Origin: Candidatus Latescibacterota bacterium
GTDB lineage: Bacteria > Latescibacterota > UBA2968
Length of the DNA stretch: 64,000 nucleotides
Direction of reading: 5' to 3'
Assembly (NCBI GenBank): GCA_965222605.1
Contig: OZ244960.1
Location: 3,008,001 to 3,072,000, forward strand
Position numbers and translations under genes: made by a program. The stretch's first letter is position 1, and every line of letters starts with the position of its first letter. Below, piece after piece: positions 51,001 through 60,214 of this stretch. Below the pieces are notes generated by a model that ran no database searches, was not told the DNA's origin, and saw only the letters and a program-made list of their open reading frames with translations.

Positions 51001-51220
51001 TTAATTCACTGAAAAATCGCCCGCGCATTTCACCTGCTGCTTTGCGCGTAAAGGTGATTGCCGTCAGGTGATCTACGGCTACCACACCTGTTTGCACCGC
51101 GTTCGCCATCCGTTGCACCAGCGCGTGGGTCTTTCCCGCGCCTGCCCCTGCGAGCACCATCATATTTTGATCCAGTGCTTCGGCAATTTTATCGCGTGCT
51201 TGTTGATCTCGAAGGTTCAT
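48002..51220 (-). CDS. addA: AddA-like UvrD helicase with C-terminal RecB-type nuclease
   Basis: Motifs AGAGAGKT, TFTRKAA, VDEFQD, GDGKQSIYRFR, HQAKGL, YVAATRA and GVIDL...VDYKT. Start at MNLRDQ overlaps the addB stop. Confidence 0.9.
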   Translation of the reverse strand: MNLRDQQARDKIAEALDQNMMVLAGAGAGKTHALVQRMANAVQTGVVAVDHLTAITFTRKAAGEMRGRFFSELKSRAKNADGQDLHRIQKALEKVDQCFIGTIHSFCGQLLRERPVEAGLPPDFSEVEEREEAVMRREAWDRFVQQCFLSEDPQLAKFEELGLRPEDLYGFFQRRCLFSDVPLVSESVQKPDLSTAVSKLKAFLQRAGAYIPDPLPGRRDALQTALTRARLFLSNRGIHSDADRIALLQILTGNLSVTLKSWAPNQDFAKHLRDTLLSEFQAETLDPTLTKWRQYIYQFAAPYVDDAVEEYARTRRESGRLTFQDLLELAARLLRDHPEVRHHFQDRYRCLFVDEFQDTDPIQAEILLYLTGENLEEPDWRKLTPRPGSLFLVGDGKQSIYRFRRADVETFDLVRKRIDDTNGDIVNLNTNFRSVSHLCDWINAAFEPLFAAHEKPYQAEFAPLFKYRPDGENFAVRRISIDKVYRNSRSQIATEDADQIANFIAAAIEGKTEFNGAGETAALPPKASPGDFLILTRTSGSLSHYAQALEKCGIPFDITGGNRLGEADVLHTLTDFLETVYMPDNPLPLLAYLRGDLVGLGDDTLYAFKKAGGDFNWTRDLPKGMDRKLHRTFEQAYDHLKKASKWLQSLSPDAAIARCVEKLGLLPFVRALPMGATHAGNLIRILSLVREWSAQGLHWGQVVTELRALIDDRDYKIEQMTLSSAQEDVVRLMNLHQAKGLQGKIVFLADPYDTSYTRYGPEFHVSRTSDEPFLALPITKPRGPYQREVVAEPVGWEDAEAEETRFLQGEELRLLYVAATRAENLLIISTYEEKPDHGPWSPLYPHLKNVPELAKYPTIEAPPLETRPFSLEHEQRDHFWKVVKKESFEVAQVTDDRADIAYLDERRSVAGKGAAYGTVVHQIFDDAINMRLPADPTPYVIHLLNEAGADTAFLPHALDALQHFRNSEIWAEIQASETVYTEVPFAVPQTVNNSSPNNIIRGVIDLVYRLPKGWKIVDYKTNAVKTDEDVQALCEQTADQVNTYAKHWENFTGETVIAKGLWLTERREFRAI

Positions 51221-54180
51221 ACTCCCATCCAGCGATTCAGGCTGTCCAGCAAGGGCGCGAAGTCGGGATCGTCGTCCATTGTTTCGCGCGCGGCGGCGAG
51301 GGCGTTGGCGTCCAGACGTTCTTTGCTGCAGACGCGGTTGTAGATGCAGTAGTCGCACTCCTGGGATTTTTGAATGTGAAAAAAGCCGCCTCTGGCTGTT
51401 AGTTCGAGCAAGGGGCGCAACACATTGGCGAGTGCTTCGGGCGTTGGTGGTGCGTCAGAAAGCCGACGGCCGTGTTCTCTATCGCCGGGGAAGACGTAAC
51501 CGGACAATTGTACGCGATTGGATTCATGTTGTTGTTTTAGAATCGAATTCAGGGCATAGGCGTACAATGCCCATTGCAAATGCGTGCCGCGTTTGAGCAA
51601 GTCCTGTTCGTCGTATTGCGCCATTGATCCGGTTTTGTAATCCCAAATTACAAAGTTGTCCTCAACGCGGTCCACGCGGTCAATGCGCCCGCGGATGCGG
51701 AAGCTGACATCTTCTGCGAGTTCGAGTGTTACGGGTGCTTCGCTATTTAGTCCGCCTGATTCGCCAAATCCGAAACTTACTTCAAATCCGATAGGATCGG
51801 CATTTTTTTGATCGGATTCGACGGCCAAAAATACCTGCGCGGCTTGTGATAGGCGTTTGACATCGGCGCGATACGCCGCTTCATGCTCAACGGGATGGGT
51901 TTCTTTTTTGGCTTCTATTTCTTTTTGTAGAAGTTCCTGGATAAGTGTGCCATGTCGGTCGCGGTCAGGGCGTTCGCCTCGCGCTTTCAGGAGTTGCATA
52001 AATTTGTGAAAGAGCGCGTGTAATAATGCGCCATAGGACAGGGGATCGAGCCATCGCGTGGGATCAGATTCGGCTTTTTCTATGGGCTGAATTTCGAGCA
52101 CATGGTTCAAAAAATACCGGTATGGACATCGGGCGAGCATTTCCAATTTTGAGGGTGAAAATATGCGGTGCTGTGCTGTAATCGCCAATTCGGGTGTGGG
52201 CGCGCCCAGCCAGCCATCGTAGGTTGTCATCCCGCTCCATTCACGCGCGTCGCGCGCCTTTTGTCCAGAAACCAGATAGGGGAATATCCGATTCACAACG
52301 GATGCGTAGTCGGCAGAGGGATAGTGTGCGAGCAATGTCTCTGCATCGTCCAGCGCCTGTGCAGATGTTTCGGGCAGTGCTCGTGCAAGTTCAGGGGCAA
52401 TTTTCATCTGTTCGGCTGCTTGCTGAAAGAGTGCGGCGGGATAGCGTTCCCGACTATCGGATAGGCTTCGGTGGCACGATAACAATGTCACTTTGTTAGA
52501 TGCCATGCCCAATACGCGAATGAGATGCCACACTTGCTCGGCGGGTCGCGTGCGGCGCAATTCCAGTTCGCGCGATACGCCCGAGCGCTCGCCATCTAAT
52601 AACATGGGGTCTTCTGTGGCACCACCGGGGAACGTGGCTTCATCCATGCCTATGACATAGATATGTGGGCGATTGGTATATCCCGCGCGTGAAAGCGGGG
52701 CAATCGATAGGTGCCCGGGTTTGGCTGCTTCGGCTTTAAAAGAGAGGTTGGCGGTCAATTCAGATAGACGGTTTGCCAATCGGCGTGCTGGTGCTTTGCG
52801 GCGCACGGATTGGGCCACATGGTGCAGGCGATCCCCAAGCGCGGTGAGGACCTCATCTTCGGCGTTTCCAAAATGTTCGAGAAATTGCAAGCCAGCATCA
52901 ACCAATGCGTCAGGCGATACATTGGGTCCTCTGGGGATCAGATCGAATAAGCGTTTGAGTTCTTCTTCAACAGCTTCAACTTCCCCAAGTGTCAATCCGC
53001 GATGGCCGGTTTCCGAGTTTTCGGCTTCTCTGTGGCGCATGTCGGCTTTTATTTGGTTCAGGGCCATAAAATAACGCGCAGGATCCCCGTCAATCCGCGC
53101 TTGTTGGAGGACGGTTGCAATTACAGATGCGTTTTCAGAGGCAATCAGACCCGCGCGGCACATCATTACGAGTTCGTCTGCGGGGTATCCCGCGCCCAAC
53201 CAGCGGTAAAAATTCACCAATGCGCGACCGGTTCGGGTTGTCGCTATCGGTATGCCTTCGGCAAATGTGGCGGGTAGTTCAAATCGCTGAACCGCATCGC
53301 ACAACAGGCTCACATAAGGCATTTCTGAGGTGTAAGCGATTTCGACGGTATCCAGGGGTATGTGTCCCGATCTTATGTCGCGCAATACGGTGCTGATTTC
53401 TGTTTCGGTGCCGAGGGTTTCGCACAGTTGAATTTGAGAAGTGTCCCTGGGGAACAGTCCCAATGTGAATATGTTTCCGCCCGCTCCGATTTTGCCTGTG
53501 GCGGCGGGAAAGGGCGCTTTGGGAAAGCGCCTTGCTGCACTGTGTGGCGGGGGCGGTACACCCATATTATTTCGCCCGATGCGCCAGATTTGTCCCTGTG
53601 ATTTTTCGCGTAGATAGTCGAATGCCAGCCTGGGTAATGGGGTTTCATCGAGGATGGCATAGTAAGTATTTTGTGGGGGTGATTTTAGATGTGTCAAAGC
53701 GCGTTGATACAATACGGCGTTGTCGTAGAGGTTATCTCTCTCAAATGTCGCGCAGTACGCCTGATAAAGTCGCTGTAATACCTGATGCCGCAGGCCTTTC
53801 GCAGAGAGCGAGTCGGGTTCCAATCCCGCTGCACGCAGAACGCGCAATGTGCGCAAAAAAGGGCGCGTGAGCGCGGTGGCCTGTTGTGCGAAGTAGTCAT
53901 CATTGATTTCGCGCACGGCGTGGGGGATCATTTCGTCCAGCCAGAATAGATCCGCATCTTGTGCCATGCGCGAATGCCCCTCTGCGATGAGATGGGCACC
54001 CGCATCTTTTTCCGCGAGACTGCGCGGGGTCTCAATCTGCAAGTTCAAATAGGAATAACCCGTTGCCGCAAGTGCGATTGTCAGGTCGTGTCCTGCGGTC
54101 ATGGTAGGGACAATCAGGACTTTTGCTTCAATTGGGTGGGCGTCACAAAATGTTTCTATTTGTGCGAGGTGGTATTGCAT
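51217..54180 (-). CDS. addB: AddB-like inactive helicase/PD-(D/E)XK nuclease with Fe-S cysteines
   Basis: Motifs FSPSKLEMLARCP, GRIDRVD...DYKTG, QWALY and CDYCx5C. Confidence 0.88.
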   Translation of the reverse strand: MQYHLAQIETFCDAHPIEAKVLIVPTMTAGHDLTIALAATGYSYLNLQIETPRSLAEKDAGAHLIAEGHSRMAQDADLFWLDEMIPHAVREINDDYFAQQATALTRPFLRTLRVLRAAGLEPDSLSAKGLRHQVLQRLYQAYCATFERDNLYDNAVLYQRALTHLKSPPQNTYYAILDETPLPRLAFDYLREKSQGQIWRIGRNNMGVPPPPHSAARRFPKAPFPAATGKIGAGGNIFTLGLFPRDTSQIQLCETLGTETEISTVLRDIRSGHIPLDTVEIAYTSEMPYVSLLCDAVQRFELPATFAEGIPIATTRTGRALVNFYRWLGAGYPADELVMMCRAGLIASENASVIATVLQQARIDGDPARYFMALNQIKADMRHREAENSETGHRGLTLGEVEAVEEELKRLFDLIPRGPNVSPDALVDAGLQFLEHFGNAEDEVLTALGDRLHHVAQSVRRKAPARRLANRLSELTANLSFKAEAAKPGHLSIAPLSRAGYTNRPHIYVIGMDEATFPGGATEDPMLLDGERSGVSRELELRRTRPAEQVWHLIRVLGMASNKVTLLSCHRSLSDSRERYPAALFQQAAEQMKIAPELARALPETSAQALDDAETLLAHYPSADYASVVNRIFPYLVSGQKARDAREWSGMTTYDGWLGAPTPELAITAQHRIFSPSKLEMLARCPYRYFLNHVLEIQPIEKAESDPTRWLDPLSYGALLHALFHKFMQLLKARGERPDRDRHGTLIQELLQKEIEAKKETHPVEHEAAYRADVKRLSQAAQVFLAVESDQKNADPIGFEVSFGFGESGGLNSEAPVTLELAEDVSFRIRGRIDRVDRVEDNFVIWDYKTGSMAQYDEQDLLKRGTHLQWALYAYALNSILKQQHESNRVQLSGYVFPGDREHGRRLSDAPPTPEALANVLRPLLELTARGGFFHIQKSQECDYCIYNRVCSKERLDANALAAARETMDDDPDFAPLLDSLNRWMGV

Positions 54181-54191
54181 GAAATCATTCC

Positions 54192-56660
54192 TTATTCATA
54201 TCGCAATATCTCAACGGGATTTGTTCGGGCGGCTTTCCACGCCTGTGTGCTTACGGTTAATAGCGCGATCCCAAATGTCAGGAGGCTTCCCAGCACAAAT
54301 GGGGTTGCGCTGAGTTCAATCCGATAGGCAAAATGCTGCAACCATTGATCCATTGCCAGATAAATTATCGGATAGGCGATTAGATTTGCTATTCCGACGA
54401 GTATGACAAAGTCTCTGCACAGCAGTATTACGAGATTCCAAACGGACGCGCCCATTACTTTGCGTATGCCTATTTCCCGTGTGCGCTGTTCTGCGGTGAA
54501 GGCCGCCAGCCCCAATAGCCCCAGACACGCTACAAAGATCGCGATGACAAATGCCGCGCTGAATATTTGCCCCGTGCGCTGGTCGTCCCGATACCAGCGT
54601 TCCAATTCGTCGGCCGCAAAGGCGATGGCAGGCGAGCGCGTGGGAAGAAATTGCGACCAGGTGCGTTGTAGAAATGCCATTGTTTCTGAGATTTCTTGCG
54701 GACGAATCCGCATGGAGAGGTGGCTGAGGCGATACCACGCCGCTGTGATGACCAATGGCTCGATGGTTTCGTAGAGGTGTCGATAGTGAAAGTCTTTGAC
54801 TACGCCAATTACATGTCCTTTTCGGACGTGTGAGTTCAACACTTTGCCTATGGGGTCTGTCCAGCCAAATACCTTTGCTGCGGTTTCGTTTATGACGAAT
54901 AATTCGCCGGGTTTGCCGCGTCTTTCCCACGCGCGTTCCGCATAAATGCGGTCGTAATTTCGCCCGGATAGCAGGGGAATGTCGTAGCAGTCTATAAATG
55001 TCTCGTCTGCGCCAAATACCCGCACTTCAACGCCCCGATCCAGATCGCCTTCTGGGAAGAACCACTCGCGGTTGGGCCAACTATGTCCCGGCAAATCCGA
55101 TGTTGCCGATGCGGTTGTGATGTTCGGGTGCTGTGAGAAGGCGTCTCTGATCTTAAGATACCGTTTTTGCAACTGTCCGCCATCACTTAGATATCGGTCT
55201 TGTCGGAAGATAGAGGCGACGACGACTTCATCTTTGTTAAATCCCAGGTCTTTTTCCCGGATCAATCGCATCTGATCGGCTACGATTATGGTTCCGATGA
55301 CCAGTACAATCGAAATGGCAAATTGTAATACGACGAGTGCTTTTCGCACGCAGGCCTGGGCTGAGCCGGCTTTGATTGACCCGCCCTTCAAAACGGTCGC
55401 GGGTTCGAATGCAGAGAGGTAGAGTGCGGGATAGCTTCCGGATAATAGTCCGACAAACAGGGTGATTCCGAGTATCCAAAGGGTCAATCCCCTGTCCAGC
55501 ATCAGGTTTTCCTGCACAAATGCGCTGAATGGGGGCAGTGCGAGATATACCAATCCGAGTGCTATACATGCGGATAGGGATGATAATAGCAGGGCTTCGC
55601 CCAGGAATTGCTTTATTAGATGCGAGCGAGACGCGCCTACGACTTTTCGCAGCCCTACTTCTTTTGCGCGGCTGGCGGATCGGGCTGTGGAGAGGTTCAT
55701 GAAGTTGATACAGGCTATTGTGAGGATGAAAAATCCCACGAGTTCCAGCAAATAAATTTGTTGTATATCTTTGTAGGGTCTTCCCGCATCGCCCGTGAAT
55801 CCGGGCATATCGATTTTGGAATACAGGTGCATGCGCGGCACGGGATGGAGATAATAGCGTACGGTTTCGCTTTCGTCTTCTGCGATTTCCGCGTAGCGTT
55901 CGACCAGTTCCGGTAATTTCCGGGCGATATCTTCGGGTTTGGCATCGGGTTTCAGGCGCAGGTATGTATTTGCCGGGCGCGAGTACGATGGCGGCAACCA
56001 GTGATCCCACGATCTGCGCTGGCGCACGCCCTGTGGCATGGTGGCGGTGATGAAGTCGTATTGAAACCGAGAGTTGTGTGGTGCTTGTCGAATGACGCCT
56101 GTGATTTGATATGTGCCGCCAAATAGGCTGTGATCTACTGTGATTGTTTTGCCGAGTGGATCGGTAGTCCCAAAAAATTTTCGTGCGATGGGCTCTGTTA
56201 TGACGACCGAAAATGGGTTTTGTAATACGGTTTTGGGATCGCCTGCCAATACGTCAATACCGAAGAACGCAAATATATTGGGATCACTTAACCAGAACAT
56301 CTGTTGAAACGATTTTTCCCCAGCGTTCACCCATCTGAGACCAGCCCAAAACCGCGTTGCGTCTTCTATTTCTGGAAATTCTTCGGGCAGTACGGTCGCC
56401 AGTGGTCCTTGCTGGCCCGTGTTCCATGCAATCCGCCCGTTTGCATGTCGGGTTTGTTTCATGACGCGGTAGGTGCGCGCTACTTCTGGGCGAAATTCGT
56501 CGTAGCTCAGTTCATAGGAGATGTAAATCGCGAGCAATACCGCACACGCTATTCCGAGTGCCAGTCCCGACAGGTTGATCAATGAATAGCCGGGATGTCT
56601 CAGCAGGTTTCGGATGGCGATGGTGAGGTAGTTTTTTCCGAGGTAGAGCGTTTGTTTCAT
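54192..56660 (-). CDS. ABC transporter permease (duplicated MacB-PCD/FtsX architecture)
   Basis: Motifs KNYLTIAIRNL, ACINFMNLSTARS, KEVGLRKVVGA, GVVKDFH, EIGIRKVMGA and NPVEILRYE. Confidence 0.92.
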   Translation of the reverse strand: MKQTLYLGKNYLTIAIRNLLRHPGYSLINLSGLALGIACAVLLAIYISYELSYDEFRPEVARTYRVMKQTRHANGRIAWNTGQQGPLATVLPEEFPEIEDATRFWAGLRWVNAGEKSFQQMFWLSDPNIFAFFGIDVLAGDPKTVLQNPFSVVITEPIARKFFGTTDPLGKTITVDHSLFGGTYQITGVIRQAPHNSRFQYDFITATMPQGVRQRRSWDHWLPPSYSRPANTYLRLKPDAKPEDIARKLPELVERYAEIAEDESETVRYYLHPVPRMHLYSKIDMPGFTGDAGRPYKDIQQIYLLELVGFFILTIACINFMNLSTARSASRAKEVGLRKVVGASRSHLIKQFLGEALLLSSLSACIALGLVYLALPPFSAFVQENLMLDRGLTLWILGITLFVGLLSGSYPALYLSAFEPATVLKGGSIKAGSAQACVRKALVVLQFAISIVLVIGTIIVADQMRLIREKDLGFNKDEVVVASIFRQDRYLSDGGQLQKRYLKIRDAFSQHPNITTASATSDLPGHSWPNREWFFPEGDLDRGVEVRVFGADETFIDCYDIPLLSGRNYDRIYAERAWERRGKPGELFVINETAAKVFGWTDPIGKVLNSHVRKGHVIGVVKDFHYRHLYETIEPLVITAAWYRLSHLSMRIRPQEISETMAFLQRTWSQFLPTRSPAIAFAADELERWYRDDQRTGQIFSAAFVIAIFVACLGLLGLAAFTAEQRTREIGIRKVMGASVWNLVILLCRDFVILVGIANLIAYPIIYLAMDQWLQHFAYRIELSATPFVLGSLLTFGIALLTVSTQAWKAARTNPVEILRYE

Positions 56661-56688
56661 GGGATATAGGTGTGATGTGTGAAGTGTG

Positions 56689-56718
56689 ATCCGCAGATGA
56701 CGCAGATGAACGCAGATA
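56689..56718 (+). repeat. CGCAGATGA(A) tandem repeat
   Basis: ATCCGCAGATGACGCAGATGAACGCAGATA, related to the repeat at 4751-4781. Confidence 0.7.
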
Positions 56719-56762
56719 AAAAAGAGGGGCTGGGGACTGGGGGCTGGTTGGACGTTGGTGGT

Positions 56763-56796
56763 TGTCATCGCGGCATGCTGTTGAGCCGCGATCCAG
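56763..56796 (+). repeat. CGTC/TGTC-type REP-like palindrome
   Basis: TGTCATCGCGGC-ATGCTGTTGA-GCCGCGATCCAG. Confidence 0.6.
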
Positions 56797-56886
56797 AAGG
56801 TTTTGACTGTCCCGCGCAGCACAACGCAGTCATCCAGTTCTTTTCATCATACTCAGAGATTTTCATTCGTTCAAGGGTTTTTTCGT

Positions 56887-56940
56887 TGAACTACTCCCCG
56901 CTTACCCCATACAGGGACATGCATTGCAGTGGTACACCAT
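56887..56940 (-). repeat. Hairpin mini-element copy G (54 bp, degenerate, long interior)
   Basis: Minus strand ATGGTGTACCACTGC...GGGGAGTAGTTCA. Confidence 0.5.
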
Positions 56941-57134
56941 TCAGAACCCATACGGATCGCTGGGCAGGGTTTTGAGTTGCGGCAGGTTGTGGTTTATCTT
57001 ATTCTTTTTACGATCCCCGCGCCTGTTGTTAAACTTTACAAGCGACTAGCCTTGCTCTGGGGCGAATGGGTGGGAGCTACACTCGAAGCACAACACCAGT
57101 AAAACTGATCGCTACATGTGGTGGAGGTATCGGT

Positions 57135-58568
57135 ATGAGCATGACAATACGGTTAAAAAATCTTGGCATCTTAAAGCATGCGGAATTTTCGCTGGGCGAT
57201 TTGACCATTATATGCGGTGAAAATAATACCGGCAAAACCTATACCGCCTACGCATTGTACGGTTTCTTGCGGTCCTGGCGTGAACTTATGGATTTTTCGA
57301 TTGGCGATGCTCAGATACAAAGGTTGCTTACAGAAGGTGTCCTCACTATCGGCTTATCACAATATGTGAAAACAGCAAATCAGATGCTTGCGGAGGCCTG
57401 TAAGAAGTATAATCATCAACTGGATGAAGTTTTTGCGGCAACAGAAGGCACATTTGATAAAAGTGAATTTCAAGTTCAGGTAGGAACTCCCCATATACTT
57501 GAAGAAGATGAACTCAAAATGAGGTTCACTGATGGTGATTGGCAATTTGACGGTGATTGGCAATTTGACGGTGATTGGCACGTTAGCTGTGAAAAAAGAA
57601 AAGGGAGTCAAGAGCTAATATTTACTTTGCAGGCAGAGAAAAAAAGGCGAAGAAGAGAAATGCTTTCCCGTATTGCAAACAGGTTTATTCATGACAGGAT
57701 CAGTGATATTATTTTTTTAAAGTCCCTTTCTTTTGCCTTTATCACTTCAACGGAGCGCACGGGTGTGGCTATTTTTCGGAGAGAACTAAATTTTGCTCGC
57801 AACCGCCTGCTTGACGAGATGGCGCAGGCAAACAAAGTGGCTGATTCTCGGGACTTGCTGTCCAAAGGGTACCAAAATTACCCTTCGCCAATAGAAGCCA
57901 ATGTAGAATTTACAGGGCAGCTTGAATACATTTCAAAAAGAAAAAGCTTTATCACCAAAGAACATCCCGATGTATTGGAAGAATTTGCTGATATTATCGG
58001 TGGCGATTATAGCATAACACAAAATGACCAGCTATACTATATCCCCAGAGGGACGGGGATCAGGTTGACGATGGATCAAAGCTCAAGTGCTGTGCGTTCA
58101 TTGCTGGATATGGGTTTTTATCTGCGCTATGTCGCCCATAAGGGGGATCTGCTTATGGTGGATGAGCCGGAATTGAGCCTTCATCCCAAAAACCAACGTC
58201 GTATCGCCAAACTTTTTGTGCGGTTGGTGAATTTGGGGATTAAAGTCTTTGTAACGACCCATAGCGATTACATCGTCAAAGAACTGAATACGCTTATCAT
58301 GCTTAATCACGATAAGCCACACTTGAAAAGAATAGCGAAAGAAAACGGTTATCGGGATGATGAGTTGATCAGTTCAGACCAGGTTAAAGTGTATATGGCG
58401 CAAGAAGATTTGATCCCATTAGAAGAAGGACAAAAGAGGCGCAGAAGAGGTCATACGCTTGTGGAGGCTGATATTGATCCAGAGCTTGGCATTGAAGCCC
58501 CCAGCTTTGACGAGACTATTGATGACATGAACAGGATTCAGGGGGATATTGTGTGGGGTGGGGAATAA
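57135..58568 (+). CDS. ABC-fold/AAA_15-AAA_21-like ATPase
   Basis: Walker A GENNTGKT, degenerate signature QSSSAVRS, Walker B/D-loop MVDEPELSLHP and H-loop TTHS. Start after GGAGGT. Confidence 0.88.
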   Translation: MSMTIRLKNLGILKHAEFSLGDLTIICGENNTGKTYTAYALYGFLRSWRELMDFSIGDAQIQRLLTEGVLTIGLSQYVKTANQMLAEACKKYNHQLDEVFAATEGTFDKSEFQVQVGTPHILEEDELKMRFTDGDWQFDGDWQFDGDWHVSCEKRKGSQELIFTLQAEKKRRRREMLSRIANRFIHDRISDIIFLKSLSFAFITSTERTGVAIFRRELNFARNRLLDEMAQANKVADSRDLLSKGYQNYPSPIEANVEFTGQLEYISKRKSFITKEHPDVLEEFADIIGGDYSITQNDQLYYIPRGTGIRLTMDQSSSAVRSLLDMGFYLRYVAHKGDLLMVDEPELSLHPKNQRRIAKLFVRLVNLGIKVFVTTHSDYIVKELNTLIMLNHDKPHLKRIAKENGYRDDELISSDQVKVYMAQEDLIPLEEGQKRRRRGHTLVEADIDPELGIEAPSFDETIDDMNRIQGDIVWGGE

Positions 58569-59139
58569 GATCGTGAATGATATTGAAATATTACAGGAAA
58601 TGCTCATCTCTCAGGCGCAGGTTCCATTGCAACAGGAACAAGGTAGGGTCTCTGTCGAACTAACCGACATGCAAGCCAAAACAACTGTTGTCATAAAAGA
58701 ACTACCTCCTGACTCAATTGTTATCAAAACGGATGTTTTTGAACTCAGACGCGCCTTCTTTGCGGGTTCAAAGGACGAACGCAGGCGAGCGGATTTCGTG
58801 ATTGTATCCCATGAGGATACGAAAAAGTGGATTATCTGTATTGAAACAAAAAAAGGCAGAATACAAAAAAGTGAAGTTATTGCACAATTACGAGGAGCGC
58901 GATGTGTTATGGATTATTGTAAATCTATAGGAAGGGAATTTTGGACAGCAAAAAGATTTCTCGAAGGCTATGAGTTCCGATTTGTAGGCATAGCACATAT
59001 TAACGTTCCAAAACAACCAACGCATTCCACTCCCGACATTCAGTCCCAGGGAGAATTACATAGCCGACCTGATGTTTTTCTGCAAATTTTAGGGAGTTCG
59101 GATCTCTCTTTTAGCAACTTAATTGATGAGGCATCCTGA
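58549..59139 (+). CDS. Putative PD-(D/E)XK-like nuclease, partner of the ATPase
   Basis: RRADFVIV...IICIETK...AQL; overlaps the ATPase 3' end. Start uncertain. Confidence 0.65.
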   Translation: MCGVGNKIVNDIEILQEMLISQAQVPLQQEQGRVSVELTDMQAKTTVVIKELPPDSIVIKTDVFELRRAFFAGSKDERRRADFVIVSHEDTKKWIICIETKKGRIQKSEVIAQLRGARCVMDYCKSIGREFWTAKRFLEGYEFRFVGIAHINVPKQPTHSTPDIQSQGELHSRPDVFLQILGSSDLSFSNLIDEAS

Positions 59140-59205
59140 TGGCACTTAATTCCCTTTAATTATACGATACCTCTCTTGATAACAGAATTAAAATCCGTGA
59201 ACACA

Positions 59206-59826
59206 TCACATTGTATTCATACGAATAACTTTACGACGACGTATTTCAACCTTTGTGATATTTTTTAACGTCCATTCTTCTGGCTCACGCCCTCGTTGGC
59301 TATACCGTGCATAAAAATGTATAACATCCCCTTCAGTAATATACTCAGCCCATTTTCCTTTACTCACAGATGTATAAGTACGTGTAATAGATTCTCCAAA
59401 TGTACCATAATGAAATAGTACTCGTGTATTTGATACTTCCCCACACGTAACTTCTCCGCACTTATCATAAACTAAAAACACATCGGATAAACGTACCATT
59501 TCCAATTCTTCCGGTCCCTTATACCAATAATTGGGTTCTTTGTAAATCTTTTTAACCGTGGCACAAAAGCGTTGTCTGGGCATCTTGTTTGTCCTCATAA
59601 CAGGATAAAATGATAATACAGAAAAAGTTTCACTATGCTGTACCAATTCTAAATTTTTCCTGTGTATCCTCGTATGTTCGGACAAAATATCCAATGCTTC
59701 TTTTTCACCCCAAAGACCCTCTATATCTACCAGCCATCTGTTAGGCAACAATCCGTCAACCACAGGATAAAAACCAAGTTTTTCTGGTTCTTTTTCCACA
59801 TGTACCTTCCAAGCCGGTCCTAACAT
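59206..59826 (-). CDS. Hypothetical protein in AT-rich segment
   Basis: 206-aa ORF with no recognised motif, in visibly AT-rich DNA. Confidence 0.55.
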   Translation of the reverse strand: MLGPAWKVHVEKEPEKLGFYPVVDGLLPNRWLVDIEGLWGEKEALDILSEHTRIHRKNLELVQHSETFSVLSFYPVMRTNKMPRQRFCATVKKIYKEPNYWYKGPEELEMVRLSDVFLVYDKCGEVTCGEVSNTRVLFHYGTFGESITRTYTSVSKGKWAEYITEGDVIHFYARYSQRGREPEEWTLKNITKVEIRRRKVIRMNTM

Positions 59827-60064
59827 ATTTACCTGTCGTATTATCCCTTAACCCACACACACCAGAATCAAAATTTGAACTGGGAAAAGAACCAATCCGG
59901 CTCTTTTTTTTCTTTTGACTCATGTCCCAGACCCTCCAAATGATTAGCAAACATCTCTTGATATTTAAATCCTATCCACTTTTCACACCTCCAAAATACT
60001 TAAAACCTAAATACTGTAAATATAAATAATTTCAATAATTTACACTGACACACCGGACGTTTTG

Positions 60065-60209
60065 TATATAAGCCCCTTTTTAATCTTACTTAGAGAGGTA
60101 TATTCTTTTTCAAGGCATTTTTTCGTTAAACACACATAACCCGGACAAGGGGAAAAGCAATCCGATGGAATATAGTAGCCCGATTTTATATAAGCCCCTT
60201 TTTAATCTT
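60065..60209 (+). repeat. 23-bp direct repeat pair
   Basis: TATATAAGCCCCTTTTTAATCTT at 60065-60087 and 60187-60209. Confidence 0.85.
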
Positions 60210-60214
60210 TTAGA

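Noticed and set aside
48002-54180. Helicase + nuclease pair as a novel defence system or Cas4 locus
   Set aside because: Order, size and motifs fit housekeeping AddAB.
54192-56660. ABC permease without an adjacent ATPase as unusual
   Set aside because: Stand-alone paralogs of this permease family are common in FCB-group and Acidobacteria genomes.
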